In this document: positions 52,828 to 64,000 of the stretch, in pieces
Layout of the letters: each line of letters begins with the position of its first letter
Position numbering within the stretch: the stretch's first letter is position 1
NCBI GenBank assembly: GCA_043228905.1
Contig: JBHGNT010000005.1
Span: 11,346,001-11,410,000 of the forward strand
Origin: Azolla caroliniana
Taxonomy: Eukaryota > Plantae > Polypodiophyta
DNA: 64,000 nucleotides
Reading direction: 5' to 3'
Translations under genes and position numbers: made by a program
The notes under the pieces: generated by a model
Seen by the model: the letters and a program-made list of their open reading frames with translations, nothing else
The model's database searches: none
What the model was told of the DNA's origin: nothing

Positions 52828-55800
52828 TTAGGTTAGTATATATATACAAAGTGCTATTAGCTGCGTATGTATGTGGGAGAACGAATAGAGAGAAACACAA
52901 TGAGAGAGGCGCGAGAGTGAACTTTGAGTAAGTGAGCGTGAGAGAGTTAGAATGCGATGCAAGGAAGAAGGATAGAGAGCTGATGATGAGACAAAGAAAA
53001 AAGATAGAGAAGAGAAGAGGAAGAGAAAAGAATACTTCACTATACTATTAGGAATACAATACAATCCTCTTAGACTCCAAAATTAACAACCCCAAATAAC
53101 TACTTCAATATATTCTTGGCCAAAATAGTCTTTCCTTCTTCTCTCTTTCTTCAACTAATCTTCTTCTCACTTCTTCTAATCTTCTTATTCATCCTCACTT
53201 CTTCTTATAGATATTCTATTATTCCTCCCTTTTTCTCCCAATTGCTAAAAATACCCTCATATTTATAGGTTTTTAGTTGCGTTATTCTTGCTTTTTTCTT
53301 TTCTTTTCTTTCTACATATCCTCGGGTTTGTGTGATGCGTTTTTCATATCATTATATCTGGTTTGTCATCCAAATTTTTCAGACATAAAATATCTCTTTG
53401 TCAACTCTCTTACAAATATTTTCTTTTGAAATTTGGTTATGAGATGAAGAAGTTCTGAGCTTTTTTCCTGCCTTGCTTTTTTTGTCTTTTTTATGCATTT
53501 TCTTCTTTTATCTTTTTTCCTGCTTTTTCTACATTTGGAAAATGCCTCTAACTTCATATCCCTTCAATTTCATTCGTCTTTTAACTCTTGAACCTTTAAT
53601 ATTGTGCTTTATTCTTATACTCCTTAGCATCCGATGTATTTTCCATGGTCTTTTCTTACGAGCAAAAATTGACTTCACAAGAGCTAACACAATAGTGGTT
53701 GTCTCATAGCTTTGTAGCTTAGTATGAAGAGGAAGCTAAAAACAGAAAAGAGTGAAACAGAGGAGAAATCGAGATAGAACTGAGAAGCTCTGAAAGCTTC
53801 AAAGAGATAGATACCAATGAGTTAGGGTTTTGTGCACTTGGCTGAAATTGTGGTTTCAGTTAACAACCTGGGAGTACATTCATACCTAATCAGGTTCAAT
53901 CATTCTATGCTTGTATTTTTCTTGACTCATAGTAGAAATCTTTGTTCACCATGGCTTTTCCTTGAAATCAGGGTTTTCCACATAAATCGTGTGTTACTTG
54001 CTTTATTCTGTTTGTGTCTTAGTACATCTGTGGCTTACGTTTAAGTGTAAAATCTATCAAACTGGTACCACAACATAGGTTCTAGATGGAAGGGAGTGTG
54101 AGTGGCTTTCGTGGGATGATTGTCCTGAACTCACAAAACTACTCAGAGTTGAAGATTAAAATGGAAGATCTTCTAATAGTCAAAGATCTGTATGAGCTCA
54201 TAGAAAGGAAGGATATACTAGTAGCGGTAATAGAATCTTATTGGAAAACTCTACATAGAAAGGTAGTGGCAACTATAAGATAATGTGTAGACATTAGCGT
54301 CCTACAACATATAGCAAGTGACACAAATGCCTATGAATTATGGCATAAACTCTCTGCCCTTTAGGAAAGGAAAAATGCCTAAAAATAAACTTCCCTAATG
54401 AGAAAAATAGTGAGAGTAAAGTACGTAGATGGGGAGAGCATCGTAGAGCACATCAGTACGTTCATGGGTCTGGTAAACCAGTTAGCATCAACGAAGTTCC
54501 CATTAGATGATGTTATGCAAGCCACACTACTACTATGTACTCTACCACACAGTTGGGAAAACCTAATAGTGACACTTAGTACCTCATGTAAAGAAGACAA
54601 CCTATCTTTACAAGTAGTAAAGACAAGTATTCTAAACGAAGAGACAAGAAGAAAGGATAAAAGTACCTTGTCTCAATCGGAAGCTAATGTGACCCAAGAA
54701 CTTAGTAGAGAAAGAAGCAAACACAGAAGTCTCGAAATCTAGAGGAAGACGTACATGCTTCTATTGTGGGAAGCCGGGTCACTTCCAAAAGAATTGTCGA
54801 CACTTTAGGAAGGACAAAGGCATGGTTGATGAGGTGGAACCCAGAAAAATTTCTAATGATAAAAAAATCTCAGCCATTGCAATTAGTGAAGAAGAGCTGT
54901 TATTTATTTGTGAACAAGGTAATGTAAACCTTGCAAATGCTGAGTGCTCTTCGGTAGTAGACTCCGGTGCATCATTCCACCTAACTCCCAAAAGATAATT
55001 TTTCTCATCTTACACAGTCGGTGACTATGGCTATGTAAGGATGGGCAATGACGATGAATGCAAGATTGTGGGCATAGGAAATGTGTGCTTGTTAACATCT
55101 ACTGGTTGCAGGTTAATGTTGAAGGATGTACGTCATGTTCTGGATGTCAAATTGAATCTGATATCTGCTGGATGGCTAGACGATAAAGGCTACAGCGGTG
55201 GTTTTCGCAATGGTACATGGAAGTTTTGTAAAGGGAGCATGATTGTGGCTCGAGCCCAAACACAAAATACATTGTATGTAATGCATGAAAAATTATGCCG
55301 AGATGAAGCAAATGTGGTGGGTGACTCAGATGGTGAGTTGTTGTCATGATATAGCATGGTATGGCTTCAAAAGAATTTGAACACATGAGCTTGTGTCACA
55401 TGGGATGAAGCTTTACCACTAAGCTATACATTGTCATACGAAGAATATTATTTCACTTAGGAAATCCATGTATATTCTAGATTTCTCTGGAACATTCTAG
55501 AAATGTCAAGAGTATTCCTAAGCCACTATAAAATGAGGCACATGGCATTATTGAGAACCAAATCGGTTCAATGCGAGTCATAAGCCTCCTAGCTATTCCT
55601 GTATATTCTCTTCATATAATATATATTTTTTGTTATCATCGTTCTCTCTCTCTCTCTCTCTATCCCACCTTCTCCCGAGAATTCTACACCCCTCTTAGTA
55701 CTAATCCTGATCTTTTAGCACTAATTCCCTCTCTGTCTTAGTACTATTCTTGACAATTTGAATCGATTTTGTCCTTCCTTCTATCTTCTTACTTATCCCT

Positions 55801-56056
55801 CCTTTCTCTAATACGATGGTAATTATTAGCACTCAAGAATATCAATCTATTTTCTCAGAGTTGCAGTGCTTGAAAGAGAAGTTTCTTGCATTGGAACAAG
55901 AAAATCAACGGTTGTTGGGGGAACTTCAACAAATCTCCTTAGAAAAGCAGCAAACGCCACAACAACATGGGGAACTAGCGTTACACGTGGAACAACTTGA
56001 AGCAACCATTGTAGTGTTGCAACAACAAGGACCAAGTACACAAGGGATTCATAAGG

Positions 56057-56920
56057 TGTTGGGAATATGTCCCTCCAGTGGGAGGAAGAACCGACTGATC
56101 GGAAAGCCGACAGTCGATGACAGGGAGGATTCGACTGTCCAGAAAGCCAACAGTCGAAGAGTCAAAAACAGTGAGTCGACTGTTTGAAGATTTGACTATT
56201 ATTATTATAGTAATAATAATAATGATGATGTGTGGAAACAAGTCCCTCCAGATGGGAAAGAGAGAGGAACTGAGTTGATGAGTGACTCGGCCGAGGTCGA
56301 TATACCGAGGCCAAAACCAGAAACGTGTATATAGCCAACTCGGGAGACTATAATTGTAAATAGTCTAAGTGTGCACCCCATGAGGGCCACATAACGTGTA
56401 TATAGCCAACTCGGGAGACTATAATTGTAAATAGTCTAAGTGTGCACCCCATGAGGGCCACGTAACGTGTATATAGCCAACTCGGGAGACTATAATTGTA
56501 AATAGTCTAAGTGTGCACCCCATGAGGGCCAAGTATGTAAATAACCAGAAAGTTGCGTAAGTATATATGCAACTAGGGAAAACTTTTAGTTAAGGAAAAC
56601 TGTGTAAGAACAAAAGCTGTAGAACGTGAGAGAGTGTGAGAGAGGAAGAAGTGTGAGCCGCGCCATAGCTGTGTGAGTAATAGCAGACGCGAAGAGCCCT
56701 GTGTGGCTGATACACTTGATAGAGTGTTGTATTCCTCTTGGTCTTGTATATCCACTTTGTATAGTGAAGAAATCTGTTCACCCGTGGTTTTTCCCCGCTT
56801 TAGGGTTTCCACGTAAATCTTTGTGTACATTTGTTTATCTTGTCTTTCAGGTGTATTCTTGTGATTCGTATTTTAGCGCGCAGTTCATTTATTGTGATCA
56901 CAATTCAGAGAATTCCTTAA
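56057..56920 (+). mobile_element. Solo or composite copia LTR in G gag
   Basis: Starts TGTTGGGAA; a second LTR-like start occurs at ~56229; TSD TAAGG. Confidence 0.75.
56322..56531 (+). repeat. 71-bp tandem triplication
   Basis: AACGTGTATATAGCCAACTCGGGAG.. at 56322, 56393 and 56464; copies nearly identical. Confidence 0.92.
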
Positions 56921-59900
56921 TAAGGTACGATTAGTCATTCAAATGCATCCCTCCTGATATCCCACCAATGCATCATGAGTGGGTCTAGTAGGCATGTTGC
57001 TAAGTGTCTTTGCTTTGGCATGGTTTGCTCCATTGTTAGAAAAGGAATCTCCATTACTAAATAATTTTGAGGAGTTTATAAGTCAGTTTAAATCTTGTTT
57101 TGGAGATACTAATAGCATAAGGATGACATTCAACAAAATCCGACGATTACATCAAGGTGATCGTCCAACCTCTACATACGCTGCAGATTTCCATCTACTC
57201 ACCTCCGATATCCCTTGGGATGATCAAGCATTAATGGAACAATTTCGATACGGCCTATGAAATGATGTCAAAGACTTACTCTTGACTTTCCGTAAAGAAC
57301 CAAACTCACTCACAGAGGCAATCAATCGAGCGGTAAGATGCGATAACCGGCTTTTCGAGCGATGTTCGGAATGCCAATTACAAATGCCAAGGACTAGGTC
57401 GGATCCCACATATGCCTCGGTCCCAAGAAAACCGTTTGCAAGGGAGTCATACATAGCATCTCTGGCAAATACTCCAACACCGAAGGAAATTGACACCACA
57501 AGTCGTCATGGTCCATTGTCAGAAGAAGAAAAGCAACGACGCCGAGCAAATCGATTATATCTCTATTGCAGAGGGCCAGGGAATATTACAGTAAACTGTC
57601 AACATAGACCAAGAAGACAGGTAAATCAAGTAGTAGCTTGTACTAAATCCGAGTCTATTTCATTAGAAATTTCTAATAGTTCTAATAGTAGTAATAGCCC
57701 AAATCTATCGAACTAATTTGAAGTTCTTAGTCAATTAGAAGAAGAGTTAACAACTAAGTCCAACCAAAATAGGAGTTGTTTGGTTCAACAGCCCTAGATC
57801 TGTGCAACCCATTAGTGGTTACATTCCTTCTAAGCAAGTTAGCAATGTGTTCTTAGCTCAAGTAATGGTTAGTACTAAAAGTACTCCTCTAATACATGTC
57901 TTAGCACTCTTAGATTCTAGAGCCAACTCTTGCCTCAGGGATAGGAATTTTGCCCAAGCTCATTAGATATCCCTAAGAAAACATTCTTGCCCAGCATCTG
58001 TAGTAGTTATTGATGGTCGTCCCATTGCTTCCGGAATTAGCGTAGAAGAGTCAGAGCCTATTCAAGTTGTCCTAGATAATTTGGTGTGTGTAGTATCATT
58101 TAATATAATTAGTAGTCCAAATCATCCAATTGTCTTGGGGTTACAATGGTTCGAATAACATAACCCAGACATAGATTGGAGAACAAGGACCTACTCATAG
58201 GATTGCAACCATTTTGCTACATCAATTGCATGAGGAAGGACGCAAGGAAGCAATGTTTGTTTTCACAATATCAGTAAAACCTTCCAACACCACTAAAGAG
58301 GAATCCCCAGTTCAACTTCCAAAGAAGTATTGTCATTATGTCGACGTGTTCGATAAGGTACAAGCCAGTACGCTTCCTCAGTGCCGACTGTATGATTGTC
58401 CCATTGATTTACAACCGGGAAAAAAGCCACCATAGGGACTCATCTACAATTTGTCACCAACCGAACTAGAAGTCCTTCGAGCCTCCATAGAGGAGAATTT
58501 GGCAAACGGTTTCATTCAACATTCGAAATCTCCATCTGGCGCACCCATTTTCTTCGTCAAGAAAAAGGATGGATCACATCATCTCGTCCTAGATTACCCT
58601 GGCTTGAATAAGGTCACCATCAGGAATAGGTATGCAATTCCCCTTATGTCCAGTTTTTTAGAACGGATCAATGGTGCAAACTTCTTCACAAAGATCGACT
58701 TACGAGGAGCATTTAACCTCGTACGGATCCGACAAGGAGACGAATGGAAGTTCTATGCCCCTCTTAGTACTAATCCTCATCTTTTAGTACTAATTCCCTC
58801 TCTGTCTTAGTGTTATTCTTGACAGTTGTGGCATAAAAGGCTCGGCCACATGAACGAAAGGGGAATGCATATCCTTGCTAAAAAGGATTTTCTACTAGAA
58901 GTAAAGGAATACACCTGGAAAAGTGTGTGGATTGCTTGGCTGGAAAGCAACATAGAACAACCTTTCACTCTAGGCCTCCGATGAGAAGAGAGCATGCCCT
59001 AGAACTGGTTCACACAAATGTGTGTTATGTGGATGCCCCATCACACTGTGGTAGACAATACTTCGTCACATTTATTGATGACTTCAGCAAAAAGGTATGG
59101 GCTTTTGTGTTGGTTTCTAAAGATCAAGTGTTGTCAGTATTGAAAGAGTTTCATGCAAGGGCAGAATAACAATCTGGACAGAAGTTGAAAGCCATCCGAA
59201 CAGATAATGGCGGTGAGTATAGAGGCCAAATTGAGATGTATTGCAAGACTCAAGGCATCAAACTTGAGTATACGGTGCCGAAGACACCAGAGCTAAATGA
59301 TATTGCAGAGAGAATGAATCAGACCATAATGGAAAGAGTCAGAAGTATGTTGTCATATACAAAATTGCCAAAGTTGTATTGGGCTGAGGCAATGTTGACG
59401 GTTGTCTACCTTATAAAGAGGTCCCCATCAGTACCTCTAAAGCGGGATGTGCCACAAAGGGTGTGGAAAGGAAGGAGCATGTCCTACCAACATTTAGGGG
59501 TGTTTGGATGCTTGGCCTATGTACATGTTGCTAAAGATCAGAGGACAAAGCTAGACAACAAGTCCAAGCCTTGCATATTCTTGGGGTACATAGAAGATGA
59601 ATTTGGGTTTAGGATATGGGATCTCCTTGATAAGAATGTGATAAGAAGTCGTGATGTTATATTCATGGAAAACAAGACAATCAAATACTGGAAATAGCCA
59701 AGACTAGAGTCGTCTTCCTAGTCGACTACTGTTATGAAGTCAACACTAGTCGATCCCAGTTCCACACAACCAGTCGGTAGACAACAGCCGGCAAATGAAG
59801 CCGAATCTGAGTCGGCCGACACACAACAACAAACTGATGCACACAAATTTGAGCCGGTTACTGAAGGAAGAAGATATCCACTAAGACAAACGAAGGCCTC

Positions 59901-61166
59901 CTCTCGGCATCCAGTCAATCAATATATTCTCTTAGCTAATGAAGGGGAACCAGAATGTTATGAAGAGGCCATGACTGATGTACACAAGGATAAGTGGTAT
60001 AATGCCATGCAAGAGGAAATGGATTCCTTACATGAGAACCACACCTATGAGCTAATGGAGCTACCTGATGGAGAGAAGGCACTTAGAAACAAATGGGTCT
60101 ATAAATTAAAGACGTAAGTACACCTAGGTATAAGGTGTGCATTGTCGTGAAGGGTTTTCTACAAAAAAAGGGTGTTGATTTTGATGAGATATTTGCTCCA
60201 GTTGTCAAGATGACTTCCATCCAGACTGTTTTGAGTATGGCTGCCAGTATGAATCTGGAAATTGAACAGTTGGATGTTAAAATAACATTCTTGCATGGGG
60301 AGTTGGAAGAGGAAATCTATATGCAACAGTCGGAGGGCTTCGAGGTGAAAGGAAAAGAAAATCTTGTATGTAGGTTGAGGAAGATCTTTTATGGACTGAA
60401 ACAAGCTCCTCGACAATGGTGTAAAAAGTTTGAGTCCTTCATAGTGGAATATGGATTCCACAAAACACAAGCCGATCATTGTGTATTTTTGAAAAGGTAT
60501 GATGAAGGTGATTTTCTTATTCTTTTGTTGTATGTGAATGATTTGTTAGTTGTTGGACAGAATGCTAAAAAGATTGTAAGCTTGAAGAAAGCTTTGAGCA
60601 AAGCTTTTGCCATGAAAGACCTAGGACCAACAAAATAGATTTTGGGAAAGCATATAGTTCGGGATAGGACAAAAAACATGCTATGGCTGTCACAATAGAA
60701 ATTGTGACGAAAGTTTTGCAAACGTTTTTACATGTTTAATGCAAAACTTGTTGGATCTCCATTGCCAATGAATTGTAAGCTAAATTCAGGACAACGTCTG
60801 AAAATTGAGAAAGATAAGGCAGAGATGAGGAGGGTGCCATATACCTCGGCTGTTGGGAGCCTAATGTATGTTATGGTCTGCACGAGGCCGAACATTGCAT
60901 TTGTTGTTGGGAGAGTTAGAGTCTACATGAGTAAACCTCGAAAGGAGCATTGGTCAACTGTAAAATGGATACTCAGATTCCTCAAAGGTTCTTCGAGTGT
61001 ATGCCTTAGATATGGCTCCATGAAACCTATGCTCGAAACTTTCACAGATTTTGGTATGTCAGGTGATGAGATTCCAGCCGATTCCGGATTTTCTAAGTGA
61101 ACTAGGAATGAAACAAGAAACGTTTCTACTTCATTGTGATAATTAGAGTGCTATCCATCTTGTTAA

Positions 61167-63621
61167 TGTTGAGATACAAACTCAACATTGGCCGGATCGG
61201 TGCATAAACTGGTGTGCAACAAGAGGCGGGATCGGTGCAGAAATCGGGAGGCCATTGAACAGATATTCCGCGAGGGAATATAGTTGGGAGTTAGTGTAGG
61301 AGCTCAGTTATGAGCATTGAAGTATGTGTCAGTACTTCTGTTAGTCCGTTGTCGTGAAGATTTTCGACGATAGTGTGAAACTTGTGAGGAACATACGAAA
61401 TCGAGTGTGGTTCTTCTCACAAAATATAAAACAATAATAGTGAAGATACTATTTTAAATAAGTTTAATATCTTGGTAAAAAAAGATGGAGGTCTTGAAGA
61501 GCTTTTGAATGCACTTTTCTACATAACAAATGATCAACTAAGTGTGAAGTTATGTGGGTATGAAGTTACGAAAAAAGAAAAGAAAAGAAAAGAAAAACAA
61601 ACCTGTGAGATGTCCACATAGATACGACAAACAAGGATCCTACAATATATAAACCAAAGCCAAGAGGTATTATTTTGTGTCTATGTGTGGAGCATAGAGA
61701 GGTCAAGGTGACTTGAACTAAGTTAATTAAATGATCGGTGTGGCCTAACTACTTGCAAAGGTTTTGGCCAACCAAAACCGGACCGGTGACAGAGCCGGCG
61801 AGGCAGTGGCAACCGGTGACCGGTCGGTGATGGAACCGGCTCGGGATGCGGACCGAACCGGATTAGGATGCGGCGACCGGACGGTGACGGCCAACCAAAA
61901 CCAAACCGGCGAGGTGGTGGCAACCAGTGACGGAGCCGGCTAGGGATGCGGACCAAACGGGTACAAATCGGACGGATCGGTTGATCGCGGTGCATGGTGT
62001 CTTAAAGATATTTGGTGTAATTACAAGACCAAAAGCCAAATAGTATTTTGTGCTTTAAAAAGGGATGTATGCAAGACTTGAACATTGCACCTCTAAGTTG
62101 AGAGTCTATAGGCTTACCATTAAGCCAAATCATTTCTTTAGAGATATATTTTTTATCACTATACTTTTACATGTAATTCTTATACATGAGAGCTTAGATG
62201 ATAACATGGCAAGCATGCACTGCATGCATTTCATGCATTCTGTGCATGTCTTGCACCCTCACATGCACCATATACATGGGGGCATCTATAAAAGAGTGGA
62301 GGAATCAAGCAAGGGGGGCTATGTATGATTCAAGAATTTAAGAAGAAGAAAATTCGTTATCCAATTGATGGTGTATCTTGTTTCTTAAGTCTAAAGTCAA
62401 GGGTTCAATCTTAATCTCTCTCTATCTCTCTCTTGCCATATCAATCTCTCTCTTTCAATCTATCTTAAATACTTTCTCGCTAAACTAGTGCAAACTTCGA
62501 ATCCTTCCGGTCTAGGACCCCGGTGGTTCTACCTCACGATCCACACATAGTGATGGATCTTTACGACACCGTATGGACTTTTATAAAAGTGCTCTATGAG
62601 CACATCCTCTGTACAGAGTTTACACATTATTCGAATTTAGTTTTTTTTGTGTGGTAAATCCCTCTCTGTCTTTCCCGCATACATTCTGTCTTAAGCTCTC
62701 CATTAAATCTGTTTTTCTCTATCGGTATTCTGTGTTTCGTAAAGCTTCCACACATAACATTTCACATGGTATCAGAGCGCGAGGGTTGAGAACCTCTGCA
62801 GCCGACTTCAGCTCAAAACAGAAAAAACTAATCTCCGTGAAGAACAGAAAGAAAAAAATAAAATGCATAAAGGTATGGCTAGTTCGCTTCCAACTGAGAA
62901 GCTCGACAGAAGTAACTACGCATCTTGGTCATACAAGATGCACCAGTACCTGCTCAGACATGGATACTGAAGCTATGTCGATGGAGTGAATGATGCAGCA
63001 CCTGAATCGACACACAGAGACTTCTCGGCCTGGGAACAGTTGGCGAGCAGAGTTCTCTACTGCTTCACGTCCTTTGTGAGTAAACAACTCTTGATCTACA
63101 TTCGGGATGCAAGAATGTTGAAGGATTCTTGTGGAAATCTAAAAAAGATTTTCGCCGGAAGCACCACAGCCATGAAGCTCCAACTCCGATAGGAGTTGAG
63201 CAATGTGCATCAACATGACATGACGGTGGCTGACTACACCTCCAAGATAAAGGATATCTATGACTCCCTTGCCTCCATTGATGTGAACGTTGAGGAGAGC
63301 GATATGGTGCAAGTCTGCCTTGGAGGATTGGCGTCGAAGTTCGAAGCATTCCGAACTGCTATTTCGTTTTTCGACTTGCAGTCGATGCTCCTTGTAGAGG
63401 AGAATCACGCAGGTGCATTGACGAGTACGCACGCCGACATCAAGATGTTATACACGAAAGGAGATAGGCCCCGTGGTCATGGTGGACGAGTCGAGTCGGC
63501 GCGCAATGGAGGCGGCCGACAGGAGCAAGGAAGAAGGCATTGTGGTGATGCTGACAACAATTCCGGACCCTCCGAAAGTAGGGGGAGTCGAGGAGGCAAC
63601 AAGAACCGGCAAGGGAAAGAC
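61167..63621 (+). mobile_element. Copia element F: ~1.6-kb 5' LTR, PBS and gag
   Basis: TGTTGAG..TTCACA 61167-62766; PBS TGGTATCAGAGC 62767-62778; degenerate copia gag from ~62875. Confidence 0.75.
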
Positions 63622-64000
63622 TGTTGGGATTTCGGTCCCTCCGGATGGGATGTCCGGAGATGAATGACGGCAAGCCCGGTTGCGGTTACGGAACCGGAGG
63701 ATGAAGAGTACCCGGCATGAAGCTGGATGAAGAGTACCCGGCTATGGATCCGGATGATGAAGACCCCGGCTACGGAGCCGGATGCTGAAGACCCCGGCTA
63801 TGGAGCCGGATGACGAATGTACCCGGAGAGAGATCCGGATGCGGGGACATATTTGTGAATATGTTTGCCAAGGGCCCTTGAGGCTATATTTGTAAATAGC
63901 CCGAAAGTCATATGTGTATAAATATGACTTAGGGCAAATAGTTTAGTTTGTTGTTGCTCATTTTTCTGTTTTCACTTAGAGAGAGCGAAGTGAGAGCAGC
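63622..64000 (+). mobile_element. LTR of an A-related copia inserted in F gag (runs off the window)
   Basis: Starts TGTTGGGATTTCGGTCCCTCCGGATGGG and contains short GATGAAGA..CCCGGC repeats, as in the other A-type LTRs. Confidence 0.8.

Larger units (their letters stand above)
55342..58824 (+). mobile_element. Gypsy chromovirus family G element, deleted from RT to the 3' LTR
   Basis: 5' LTR 55342-55755 (TG..CA); gag from 55816 (RCDNRLFER, degenerate CCHC); PR; RT N-terminus fused to the 3' LTR end at 58750-58824. TSD GTTGT. Confidence 0.85.
53720..61166 (+). mobile_element. Tnt1-like copia element E, 3'-truncated
   Basis: LTR remnant to ~54059, degenerate PBS TGGTACCA at 54063, gag from 54087, PR VVDSGASFHL, IN 58830-59700, RT 60135-61070. 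The 5' boundary is approximate. Confidence 0.8.

Noticed and set aside
52060-53720. Distinct gene or element
   Set aside because: It consists of microsatellites and LTR-like sequence resembling 43400-43700 and 46340-46860 in reverse; boundaries could not be resolved by eye.
62065-62328. His-rich metal-binding peptide ORF
   Set aside because: It arises from CATGCA repeats inside an LTR.

Overview
This is eukaryotic, TE-dense heterochromatin from a land plant, probably a non-seed plant (fern, lycophyte or moss; inferred from the TE families only). The only host-like gene is a putative secreted multi-repeat peptide precursor at about 2.6-3.5 kb. The rest is deeply nested TEs: an old LINE split by insertions, Tnt1-like and other Ty1/copia elements, Ty3/gypsy elements including a chromovirus, and solo LTRs. 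Most boundaries resolve to target-site duplications (TSDs). The standout is a complete 9.3-kb DNA transposon (5357-14684; TIRs AACACGTT(C/T)GCGTTCA, 4-bp TSD AGGG). It carries a Sola1-like DDD transposase on + and, divergently on -, a 6-exon ~970-codon gene fusing a ParB/Srx-like domain to a prokaryotic-type beta-class N6A/N4C DNA methyltransferase. Intron 1 of that gene holds an array of ~16 palindromes, AACTCGATAC-GSC-GTATCGAGTT. This copy is inactivated mostly by C>T/G>A transitions. A second DNA transposon (Sola2-like, 47754-52058, TSD ATAT) is internally deleted. All calls were read by eye without database searches.
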